From Diplonema japonicum (lineage: Eukaryota > Protista > Euglenozoa: Diplonemea): DNA of 64,000 bases. A program made the position numbers and the translations under genes. The notes below the pieces were generated by a model. It was not told the origin of the DNA and made no database searches. It saw only the letters and a list, made by a program, of their open reading frames with translations. This document shows positions 9,782 to 17,833 of this stretch, piece after piece. Each line of letters starts with the position of its first letter. The stretch's first letter is position 1. Location of the stretch: assembly GCA_964019335.1 (NCBI GenBank), contig OZ025662.1, positions 248,001 through 312,000 on the forward strand, written 5' to 3'.

Positions 9782-11930
9782 TTTTTTCACAATGTTCCCT
9801 GCCGCTCCAAGAGCTGGGCGGTCTTACAGGCGTCGGTGGACAGGAGGACTTTGAGGGAAGGAAGGGAGCTACCGAAGATCTGACTCCTTTGGTCGATCCT
9901 CTTTTCGTCTTGGCATTCCCGTAGGAGGTGGCTTAGAGTCTGGGGTTGCGAACATAGATGGCACGGGACCTCCTCGACTGGGGGTATGAGTAGGTATCCG
10001 CAAGTGAGTGGGCTCTTCCCCACCCTCAGCCTCATGATCGCCACTTCTTTCTTTCTGTCCAGCTCCTCGAACTTCTCGAAACTTCCGGCAAACAGCTCCC
10101 TGTACGTCTTTGTGGCGCCAGTATCCTTCCATAGGCGGAGGTGGCTTCTGATGACATGCTTCCTCACCAGAGTTTTAACCACCTCAATGTCTGTCTCACG
10201 GGTGTGGGCCAGTCTTTCGCTCGCCTCTTTTGCCTTCTGGTCCGCCTTCTCGTTCCACTTGAACCCGCAGTGACTCGGGACGTATTGAACGATTAGCTTG
10301 TGGCCTCTGCCTGTCAAGCTCGCGACCTCCTGCCAGAGTTCGAAGTCATCTTTGGAGGCTGCCGACATGTGTCCCTGGTACATCTTCCGTATCACCGACT
10401 GCGAATCTGTGCATATCAGAACCACCCCTTGGCTTGCAAGCTTCCTCTCTGAGAGTCTTGTCGCCAGTCGGATCCCTAGCCTCAGGGCCCTGAGTTCGCA
10501 TTTGTAGGATGTCGAATACAGTCCACCGCTGATCCCGTAGGCAGCATCGGACCCGTTGTGCAGCAGGATGGCGGCCGAGCCTCCGTTTTTCCCATCCTTT
10601 ACGGACCCGTCTGTGAACACCATGCAGAATGCCCGGCCGTGTTTCTCGCATAACCTGTTCAGGGTGTTCGTTGTTGCCTCTTTCCTGACCTCTTTTGGGT
10701 CCGTCCTTTTCACCTGCGTGTCTAGGAAGGGGGAGAGCACGAGTTGCCCCTCGAATCTTTGCCAGGGTGCAACAGCGAGTCTCCTCATGAAGACGGCGCC
10801 CGAGTGAGGTGTGCCCGTCCTCTCTGGGAGTTTGTAGGCTTTCGATGCCTCTCTCTGTTTGTCAGACCAAGTCCTCCTTGGTAGGAGCTTCTCGTACCTG
10901 GTCAGATCCTCCAGAGGCTGAGTCGCCTGGTATGCGGCGGTGTCCACTTTTCTCATCAGTGACTCGTAGAGCAACAGGCTGTCGTGTTCGATCAGCGCAT
11001 CCAGGGTCCACAGCCCCGCTTCGTTCAGTGTCGCGAATGTCTCTGATGACGCGATGCAGCCTGTGATCTTCACCGCTGCCCTGTATTGAAGCTTCTTGAT
11101 GCCTTCGTGGGGCGTGTTCCTCCCGCTCGGGAGAAATGACCCGTACACGCCCAAGCAGTATCTGAAGACTGGTTGCACATATGTGAGGTATAGAGCCCTC
11201 AACACCACCTTCTTGCAACCCCATCTCGTTCCCGCAAGGCAGCTCAGCAGCCTGACCCTGCTTTCACCTCTTTCCAAGACGTCTCTGGAGTGTTCGGAGA
11301 AAAGCATGTCCTCCTCGAAGGTGACTCCGAGCAGCTTTGTTTTTTCGACCACCTCGAGTTCTTCGCCGGTCTTGAAAGTTGCTCTGATCTTCCCCTTCAG
11401 TGTTCTCTGCGGATAGGAGATGCCAGCAACGGGAAGGAACTCTGTCTTTCCCTTGGAGATCACCATCGAGTTTCTCGAGCACCAGCTCTCCACAACCCTC
11501 AGGATCTTCATCAGTTTTCCATTCAAGCTGTCCAGGTCTTTTTCGTGCAGCACCACCGCAATGTCGTCTGCGTACATCACGGCATCAATGCCCTCTTTTT
11601 CGAACGTCTCTGAGAGGTCGTCCATGTAGATCGAGAAGAGGGTTGGGGCAAGGATGGTTCCCTGTGGAACCCCACCCGTTATGTGTTCGTGCTTCCCTGT
11701 TTCGCCACTCACCTTGACGGCAGCGATCCTCTGGTCTAGGAAAGCGGCCACCCAGTCCGTAATTCTTTGCGGGTAGCCATTACTCCTCATTTTCGCATTT
11801 AGACCCTTGTGCCACACTGTGTCGAAGACTCCTTTCAGGTCGAAGAGCAAAAGTCCGCCGCAGAACTCATCGTCTCTGATGCGGTTCAGTTTCGTGGTCA
11901 CTTGCAGGACGTTCTCTTCTGTGGAGCCGG
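9782..11930 (-). mobile_element. Non-LTR retrotransposon-type ORF (Ingi/I-group-like): RT + RNase H + C-terminal CCHC, 5'-truncated (no APE endonuclease, no RT motifs 0-1)
   Basis: FDLKGVFDTVWH, GVPQGTILAPTLF, YADD, KLLGV; RNase H FTDGS, ELRAL, TDSQS, VPSHCG..NEKAD; CHLC..HLLREC. Stop at 9787-9789 followed by A5. Homology begins abruptly at PGST. Only credible minus-strand CDS in the window. Confidence 0.9.
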
Positions 11931-11953
11931 GACACACACACTCACACGCAAAT

Positions 11954-12135
11954 GGGCCAAGAAACAACCTCCCGGGAGGCAGCCACAGGGAAGGCCGGGA
12001 GGGCGCAGGGCGCAGCAAGAGAACGCCCCTGCGTTCAGCCTCGAGGGGACCGCCCCGAATGTAATCAGCCAGGTCGGCTGTCCCAGGAAGGGGGAACGGA
12101 GCACCGAAGGGAAGGTTCAGCCCACGTGGTGGCCC
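11954..12135 (-). ncRNA. Candidate structured ncRNA copy A (~182 nt), divergent from the tRNA-Asp half
   Basis: Starts 96 bp from the half-tRNA 5' end. Closing stem GGGCCA/TGGCCC and several hairpins. Shares GTGCTCYG..TGGGACAGCCG..GGCTGA(A)TTACATT and RCCTCC..GGAGGT with copy B. Confidence 0.5.
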
Positions 12136-12231
12136 TCTCGGTTACTCCAGACAAAAGACTGGACACACCCCACACCCCTCCCCCCACCCCCAGTTTCCCC
12201 CCAGTGGTTATTATTGCAAAAAAAATCCGTA

Positions 12232-12270
12232 TCCTCGGTAGTATAGAGGTCAGTATATCCGCCTGTCACG
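12232..12270 (+). pseudogene. 5' half (nt 1-39) of tRNA-Asp(GTC); keeps box A, lacks an intact T arm/box B
   Basis: 12218-12270 is identical to 12673-12725 (A8-TCCGTA flank plus the first 39 tRNA nt); identity ends within the 3' strand of the anticodon stem. Confidence 0.9.
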
Positions 12271-12385
12271 AATCCGTGTTGTGTTTTCCACTTTCCTTTC
12301 CCTTCCTTTCCCTTCCTTCCCCTTCCTCTCACTGTTTCCCATTTCCCCTTTTTTTATTTTCACACTCACCAATGATTCGCTCAAT

Positions 12386-12589
12386 AGGAGCAATACCTCC
12401 CTGGGGGGCTTTCCGCCGGAGGTTCCAGCCAAAGAAGGACATCCAGCTGGAAGGTAGGCCCTCGTTTTTCTCTCACTTGACTGAGGGAATAATGTAATTC
12501 AGCCCTCTTCGGCTGTCCCAAAGCAGAGCACGGGTTGGTGGGGGACCAGGGCTCCTCCTGCTTGCAGAAGCCTGGTCCATTGCCCTCCC
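12386..12589 (-). ncRNA. Candidate structured ncRNA copy B (~204 nt), divergent from tRNA-Asp
   Basis: Starts ~97 bp from the tRNA-Asp 5' end. Closing stem GGGCAAT/ATTGCTC; hairpins GGACCAGG/CCTGGTCC, CAGCC/GGCTG, TTCCAGC/GCTGGAA, ACCTCC/GGAGGT. Confidence 0.5.
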
Positions 12590-12686
12590 TATTTCCCCAT
12601 GGTTTCCCTTCACCTTGTTTTCCCTTTTCTCAGGTGTTGCTCTCCATGGCGGCCCTGCATTGGTATTTTGAAAAAAAAAATCCGTA

Positions 12687-12758
12687 TCCTCGGTAGTATA
12701 GAGGTCAGTATATCCGCCTGTCACGCGGATGACCCGGGTTCAATTCCCGGCCGGGGAA
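12687..12758 (+). tRNA. tRNA-Asp(GTC)
   Basis: TCCTCGG..CCGGGGA acceptor stem, TCCGC-CT-GTC-AC-GCGGA anticodon arm, GGTTCAATTCC, TTTTT terminator. Confidence 0.95.
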
Positions 12759-12816
12759 TTTTTAATTTTCGTAAACCTGAAGTGAAAAACAACAAAATTT
12801 TGCGGTTTTAAAAAAT

Positions 12817-12898
12817 CGCAGACGGCAGGGTTTGAACCTGCGCATGCAGAGCACACTCGCTTAGCAGGCGAGCCCCGTAACCACTTGGGTACGTCTGC
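12817..12898 (-). tRNA. tRNA-Ser(GCT), copy 1
   Basis: Exact reverse complement of 12996-13077; long variable arm. Confidence 0.95.
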
Positions 12899-12995
12899 TT
12901 ACGAATATTTTCGTCTTTAAACACACAATTGATTAAATGAACATATATATTTTGGGATTAATGTTTCACGAAGGAAACACCAACAGACATCAGCA

Positions 12996-13077
12996 GCAGA
13001 CGTACCCAAGTGGTTACGGGGCTCGCCTGCTAAGCGAGTGTGCTCTGCATGCGCAGGTTCAAACCCTGCCGTCTGCG
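12996..13077 (+). tRNA. tRNA-Ser(GCT), copy 2
   Basis: CTCGC-CT-GCT-AA-GCGAG anticodon arm, variable arm, GGTTCAAACCC, T7 terminator. Confidence 0.95.
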
Positions 13078-13112
13078 ATTTTTTTATATTTCACGAAAGT
13101 GCAGCAAAAGGC

Positions 13113-13565
13113 ATGTTGGGCCTCTACAAAAAGATGTTGCTGCGACACAGAAGGATGATATGTACACAAGTGCCAATGGCGCTGAACAATGTGATCAATA
13201 AAAAAGGTGTTTGCAGCGCGGAAGAGAAGGTGGCTGCAATTAGGTGTTGCGGAAAACACGATTTCGAGGAAGGCATCGACGTGATAGCACAGATGGATGG
13301 CAATACAAAAGCCGTGTTCCATGCAGCGGTAAGAGCCTACGATCACGTTGCTGCCACTGACAAAATGCTTTCAGCTTTCTACACCATGGACAGACACTCA
13401 ATAGAACGTGATTGGGATCTGTGGCTGGATGTTGTCACCCATCTTGGAAACAAAGGTTGGGTGCAAGAGGGAAATGAGCTCGTAGCTCATGCACAGTACT
13501 TAGACCTCCCCCATCGGGTCCTGTCGGCACTGCTACAATCAAGGGGTAGAGCCGACAGTAAATAA
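13113..13565 (+). CDS. Small helical-repeat (PPR-like) protein, possibly mitochondrial
   Basis: ATG just downstream of tRNA-Ser; basic N-terminus; VFHAAVRAY..AFYTM..IERD..W..V..L pattern reminiscent of PPR motifs. Confidence 0.4.
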   Translation: MLGLYKKMLLRHRRMICTQVPMALNNVINKKGVCSAEEKVAAIRCCGKHDFEEGIDVIAQMDGNTKAVFHAAVRAYDHVAATDKMLSAFYTMDRHSIERDWDLWLDVVTHLGNKGWVQEGNELVAHAQYLDLPHRVLSALLQSRGRADSK

Positions 13566-13620
13566 GAATAAGAATATTTCCCCCTCCCCTCTTTTATTCC
13601 TTTGATTGCTAATTATTTCA

Positions 13621-15156
13621 ATGGACAGGTCGAAGAGCATGCCTGGGAGAAGAGGTGGATTTAATGAGGGGGGGAAAGGTCAAGGGGGGAAAGACGGGGG
13701 AAGAAAGGGATCGGGGAAAAGAGGTGGATACAGAGGTACAGGTAAGGATGGAGGCGGGAAACGGAAGGTAAACAAGGAGGAACTTTTTGTGTTGGCAAAC
13801 TTCAAGTTGATGTTAGATAGCACCGTGACAGAAAAGGATTGGGACATCGACGAGTTAGTTGAGTGGGACAAAGTCTGCGAAGCATGTAGGGTAAGCAATG
13901 AAGAATACCATTGTCCCATTTGTTTTGAGCATCCTGCTGCTGCACGTGTAGCACGCTGCGGCCATTATTTCTGTCTTCCGTGTCTCCTCATGTGCATGCG
14001 ACGTCTCTCTGACACTTCTCTTTTTGACTTTAACGTTACCCTGCCGTGCCCGCTGTGTCAACAACCTACGAAGTACCTACAGCTTAAGCCTCTTACAAAC
14101 CAGTCCATTCACGACTCTGTTGAGTTTGTACATGAAGAATTTACATTGATTCACAGGAGCCGTAATGGCGTGCGGTGCAGGGCTGCTGGTAACACGGGAA
14201 AGGTAACTGAGGGAGAGCGGCAGTATAACAGGTACTCTGTGGCGCAACTGAAGGACATCTTCGCCGTACAGAATAGAGAGCTAGAGGAGCTGCAGGAAAA
14301 ACTGCTCAGGTTCACGGCAAGTTGTGGGAAGATGATGGACGAGCTGCGTGATGCAGCTGGTCCCGCAGGATCGATTCTCGCTGCAACCAGCTACCTTAAG
14401 GAGGAGAACAACAAAACACGTGCGCTTCTGGAAGACGCGTTGCCGCAGCCCAGTCGCCGCCGCCTTCAACTTCAGCAGCAAGACACGGATGCCACTGTCT
14501 TAGACGTTGCTTCTTCTACCTCTCCTTCAAAATTGCCTGTGAAGTTCCCTCCTAATGCAGTCACTTTTTATCAAGTAACTGATGGGCGCCCCGTGTACTT
14601 GCATCCTGAACATAGCACGCGCCTCGTGGGAGTTACTGATAAGATCACCTTGCCAATTAGGCTTGCTAGGCATGTTCAGACATATGGCACACGGAAGGCG
14701 TATCCCGATCTAGCACATGTAGCACTTCACTCAACTTTTTATATTGCCACAGTCGACATTAGCAAAGCTGAAGAAGGAGGTGCTGTTAAGAAGGGTGTAC
14801 TTACTCCGACGGTGCCTTATTCAGAGGAACATGAAATTGAGGCGAGAAAAGAAATGAGGTGTGAAGTAGAAGATCAAGCAGTGGTCGAAGCTGAATCTAT
14901 CCCTGCAGCAAACCCTGCTGTAGCAGCAGTGTGCATTTCAGTGATGCACACGCTGACTACGACTTTTGGCATCGAAGAAGATGTTATCCATGCTGCGCTC
15001 TCTCCAGATACCTTAGAACATTATGTAACGCTCTTAGGTACATCTGAGGAAATCCTTGTGGACGCTGTTTTAGAGAAAATCTCCGCGTCACCGCAGCCAC
15101 CAACACAGCCCTATCCCACCCTAAACCAGGCTAGGTCACGCATGTCCACAAGGTAG
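13621..15156 (+). CDS. RING finger E3 ligase, RNF10/Mag2-like
   Basis: C3HC4 RING CPIC..CGHYFCLPC..CPLC preceded by FVLANFK..VEWDKV; downstream FYQVTDGRPVYLHP block. Confidence 0.75.
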   Translation: MDRSKSMPGRRGGFNEGGKGQGGKDGGRKGSGKRGGYRGTGKDGGGKRKVNKEELFVLANFKLMLDSTVTEKDWDIDELVEWDKVCEACRVSNEEYHCPICFEHPAAARVARCGHYFCLPCLLMCMRRLSDTSLFDFNVTLPCPLCQQPTKYLQLKPLTNQSIHDSVEFVHEEFTLIHRSRNGVRCRAAGNTGKVTEGERQYNRYSVAQLKDIFAVQNRELEELQEKLLRFTASCGKMMDELRDAAGPAGSILAATSYLKEENNKTRALLEDALPQPSRRRLQLQQQDTDATVLDVASSTSPSKLPVKFPPNAVTFYQVTDGRPVYLHPEHSTRLVGVTDKITLPIRLARHVQTYGTRKAYPDLAHVALHSTFYIATVDISKAEEGGAVKKGVLTPTVPYSEEHEIEARKEMRCEVEDQAVVEAESIPAANPAVAAVCISVMHTLTTTFGIEEDVIHAALSPDTLEHYVTLLGTSEEILVDAVLEKISASPQPPTQPYPTLNQARSRMSTR

Positions 15157-15224
15157 AAATAAGTGTTCCACCTAATATAGCTCTTTAATTTTACCACAAA
15201 CATCACAAATTAACTAGGTTTATT

Positions 15225-16298
15225 ATGTGCGAAGCACGTACATGGGACTTCGCAGGGATGTTAGACCTGCAGGACATGGCACACATAGAAGAGAGTGCAC
15301 TGCACAAGTTAAAAACTGAGTTAGCAAGGGCAACAAATGATTTGAAGTGTATGGGGGAGGAAGAGGAAACGTGCTTGGAAGAGAACCGTGCGCTTAAAGA
15401 GGAGATGAGAAAACTGGTTGAACAAAACGAGAAGTTGAGGAAGAGCAAAGAGATTTCAGCAGCGAAGATTAAGTCCCTCGAAAGGCTCACCGGACCTGTG
15501 AAAGACGAAGTGACGTACATCAGAGGCGAGCGGCCATCGATGATGCGAACGGTCGACTCCATGTCCCTGAAGTACAACACGGACAGTAACGTGCTAAGAA
15601 GAAGCTGTCCTGTTATGACAGTATCCCATGTCCGCAACAGGGAGCTAGATATAGATTTTGACAGGCTTGAAAGGGAGGTCCGTGGCATGCTAGAGAGTTA
15701 CACAGCACAGGTTGACAAGGCAGTGCAATCTGTTCGCGACACAGTAGAGTCCTACAGACAGACAACGAGCCCACTTGCTGCATCACTTAGCACGCTGCAA
15801 ACAGCTTGCCAGGACTCACGCGAACTGCTTCTTGAGTCCGTGAGGAAAAACGCGGAAACCCGGCTTAAATGTTACATTGAAGATATCGAAGGGGGGGAAA
15901 CCTTTCGTAGCATGCAGAAACAAGTGACAGTTCTCGAAAAGTGCCTGGCAGAGGAGCGGGATACACGTGCAAAGGAGATGGCAAAGATGATGCAACGGGC
16001 GTCGGGAAGCCACGCAGAGCTTGCTGCATCTCTTCAAAAGGAAGCAAACCAGAAGCTGGAAAAGAAGAAGGAAGTGCTACGGGAAGCTGAAGAGCAGCGC
16101 AAGAGGGACGACGCTGCCATCCAAAGCCTGACTGAGAGGCTGGGCAGCCTCACGAGACAATGCTCGCGACTCTCCACCGCCCGTCACTACGAAATGGTTG
16201 GCCTCGCTAGCGAGATTGGGATAGTCAAGAATGACATGAAAATGCTTGAACATCACCTGAAGCGGAAGGGGCCTCTTGTCCCTGTTCCTGTACCTTAG
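15225..16298 (+). CDS. Coiled-coil protein (CCDC77-like, tentative)
   Basis: Heptad-rich 357-aa ORF; C-terminal RHYEMVGLASEI..LE recalls CCDC77. Confidence 0.45.
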   Translation: MCEARTWDFAGMLDLQDMAHIEESALHKLKTELARATNDLKCMGEEEETCLEENRALKEEMRKLVEQNEKLRKSKEISAAKIKSLERLTGPVKDEVTYIRGERPSMMRTVDSMSLKYNTDSNVLRRSCPVMTVSHVRNRELDIDFDRLEREVRGMLESYTAQVDKAVQSVRDTVESYRQTTSPLAASLSTLQTACQDSRELLLESVRKNAETRLKCYIEDIEGGETFRSMQKQVTVLEKCLAEERDTRAKEMAKMMQRASGSHAELAASLQKEANQKLEKKKEVLREAEEQRKRDDAAIQSLTERLGSLTRQCSRLSTARHYEMVGLASEIGIVKNDMKMLEHHLKRKGPLVPVPVP

Positions 16299-16411
16299 AT
16301 ATAAACACACACCTATTTAGTAGAGTATACCTTGTCCCTTTTTTGGCTTACCCCGATGTTCATTCTGCACCTAGGAACTAAGAGAAGAACCACTTAAAGG
16401 GGGAAAGAAAA

Positions 16412-17833
16412 ATGTGTCAGGAGCAGTCCCCAAAGCAGAGGATTGCCGTCATTGGCAGCGGCATCGCTGGTATGACTGCTGCGTACAAGCTGTCTGAGAA
16501 GTATGATGTTGTGATTTATGAGGCGGCGGGTTCACCGGGGATGGACGCACAGTCCATCGACCTCGGGAAGTGCAAGGGGCAGAGGGTCGACGTTCCGATT
16601 AGGTCGTTTTCTCCTCATTACTACCCTAACCTGCTGAGGTTGTACAAGGAGCTGGGGGTGAAGCTGCAAAATGTCAATTACTGCCAGTCGCTATCGGAGT
16701 TCGGTGGGAGGTGCTTGTTCCAGTATGACAACGTGATGCTCGGCCGTTTGTCGGTTCCATTCACGAACCCCTTCAAGCACTGGAGGTTCCTGGTGGAGTT
16801 TTTGAAGTTCCAGTGGAGGTGCTGGCTGCGCGTGGACGACGCGTCCCTTTCCGACATGACTTTCGATGATTTCATGCAACAGATCCCCCACGACAAGGAG
16901 TTCTACGAGAGCTTCTTGCTGTCCATCTGTTCTTCAATGCTGTCGTGCAAATTAGAAACAGTGAAGCAGTACCCTGCGGATATCATCGTGCAATTCTTCG
17001 GGTTGCGTAAAACAACGTTGCTAACAGGATGGCTTCGTGTGGCCGACGGTGCGTCTGAGATCTGCGACTTGCTGTTGAAACCGGTGCAGCAGTGCGACAG
17101 ATATTTTGACAGCAAAGTGGTGTCGATCCGGAGGACCGAGCATGGCGTGGAGGTGACGGATGCGAAAGATAAAACAAAGCTATTTGACGAGGTGGTGGTG
17201 GCGACAGAGGCCGTTCATGCCTTGAAGATGCTGACAGACGCCACAGAGGAAGAAACAAAGGTTTTGTCGGCATTTAAGTACGAAAACAGCACCGCTTACG
17301 TGCATCACGACGAAGCGATCATGCCACACTCAAGATCTGACTGGCGGACAATGAACAGCTTCCTCCCTCCCGCAGGGGACTACACAGAGCGGAACGCTGT
17401 CCCTGACAGATTCGCTATGTCCTGCGTTACCGTATGGATGAACAAGTTGGTTGATGTGCCAGTATCACTGGGCAACGTTTTCCAGACGTGGAACCCCCTT
17501 GTCGAGCCTGCTGCTGACAAGGTGCTGTCAAAGGCGTACTTCCAGCGAGCCATCCACACGTTGGACTCGTCGAAGGCGTTGTCCCAGCTTCCTTCTATTC
17601 AAGGTAAGCGTGGCATCTGGTTCTGTGGCTCCTATGCTTCACACGGCATGACCCTCTTGGAGCAAGCCGTCGCTTCAACTCTAACCGTCACCTCTTCCCT
17701 TTCCTGTCCTCCTTCGTGGGACCACCACAACCCTGAGCCCCGCACGAAATCGATCCTCCCCACCCTCATTCTCCCTATCCTCGTTTCTGTGTCTGGTGCC
17801 CTCCTTTTTAGTTCGTATACTAAAAAGGATTAG
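16412..17833 (+). CDS. FAD-dependent oxidoreductase, amine-oxidase family
   Basis: IAVIGSGIAG..VIYE dinucleotide-binding fold, YYPNL, QGKRGIWFCGSY; C-terminal TM anchor. Confidence 0.85.
   Translation: MCQEQSPKQRIAVIGSGIAGMTAAYKLSEKYDVVIYEAAGSPGMDAQSIDLGKCKGQRVDVPIRSFSPHYYPNLLRLYKELGVKLQNVNYCQSLSEFGGRCLFQYDNVMLGRLSVPFTNPFKHWRFLVEFLKFQWRCWLRVDDASLSDMTFDDFMQQIPHDKEFYESFLLSICSSMLSCKLETVKQYPADIIVQFFGLRKTTLLTGWLRVADGASEICDLLLKPVQQCDRYFDSKVVSIRRTEHGVEVTDAKDKTKLFDEVVVATEAVHALKMLTDATEEETKVLSAFKYENSTAYVHHDEAIMPHSRSDWRTMNSFLPPAGDYTERNAVPDRFAMSCVTVWMNKLVDVPVSLGNVFQTWNPLVEPAADKVLSKAYFQRAIHTLDSSKALSQLPSIQGKRGIWFCGSYASHGMTLLEQAVASTLTVTSSLSCPPSWDHHNPEPRTKSILPTLILPILVSVSGALLFSSYTKKD

Noticed and set aside
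11919-11945. GTGAGT..CCACAG as a 27-nt intron joining RNA A to the RT
   Set aside because: Splicing would create TAA, and CCACAG encodes the conserved ST of RT motif 2.
12066-12105. CCAGG..AACGGAGCA resembles SRP RNA helix 8
   Set aside because: No paired stem with a GNRA tetraloop between the motifs and no Alu domain.
12120-12135. GGCCACCACGTGG resembles the ingi/L1Tc 77-nt HDV-ribozyme hallmark
   Set aside because: The L3 loop is too short and no P1/P2/J4-2 arrangement can be built; likely chance.
12491-12530. Plus-strand TAAT..GC..TCCCAAAGC looks like a twister ribozyme
   Set aside because: P2, P4 and the pseudoknot partners do not fit, and copy A lacks the AAGC.
8804-13158. Short ORFs overlapping tRNAs (8804, 8867, 12473, 12599, 12937 and the 5' part of 13038)
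   Set aside because: Explained by the tRNA genes.
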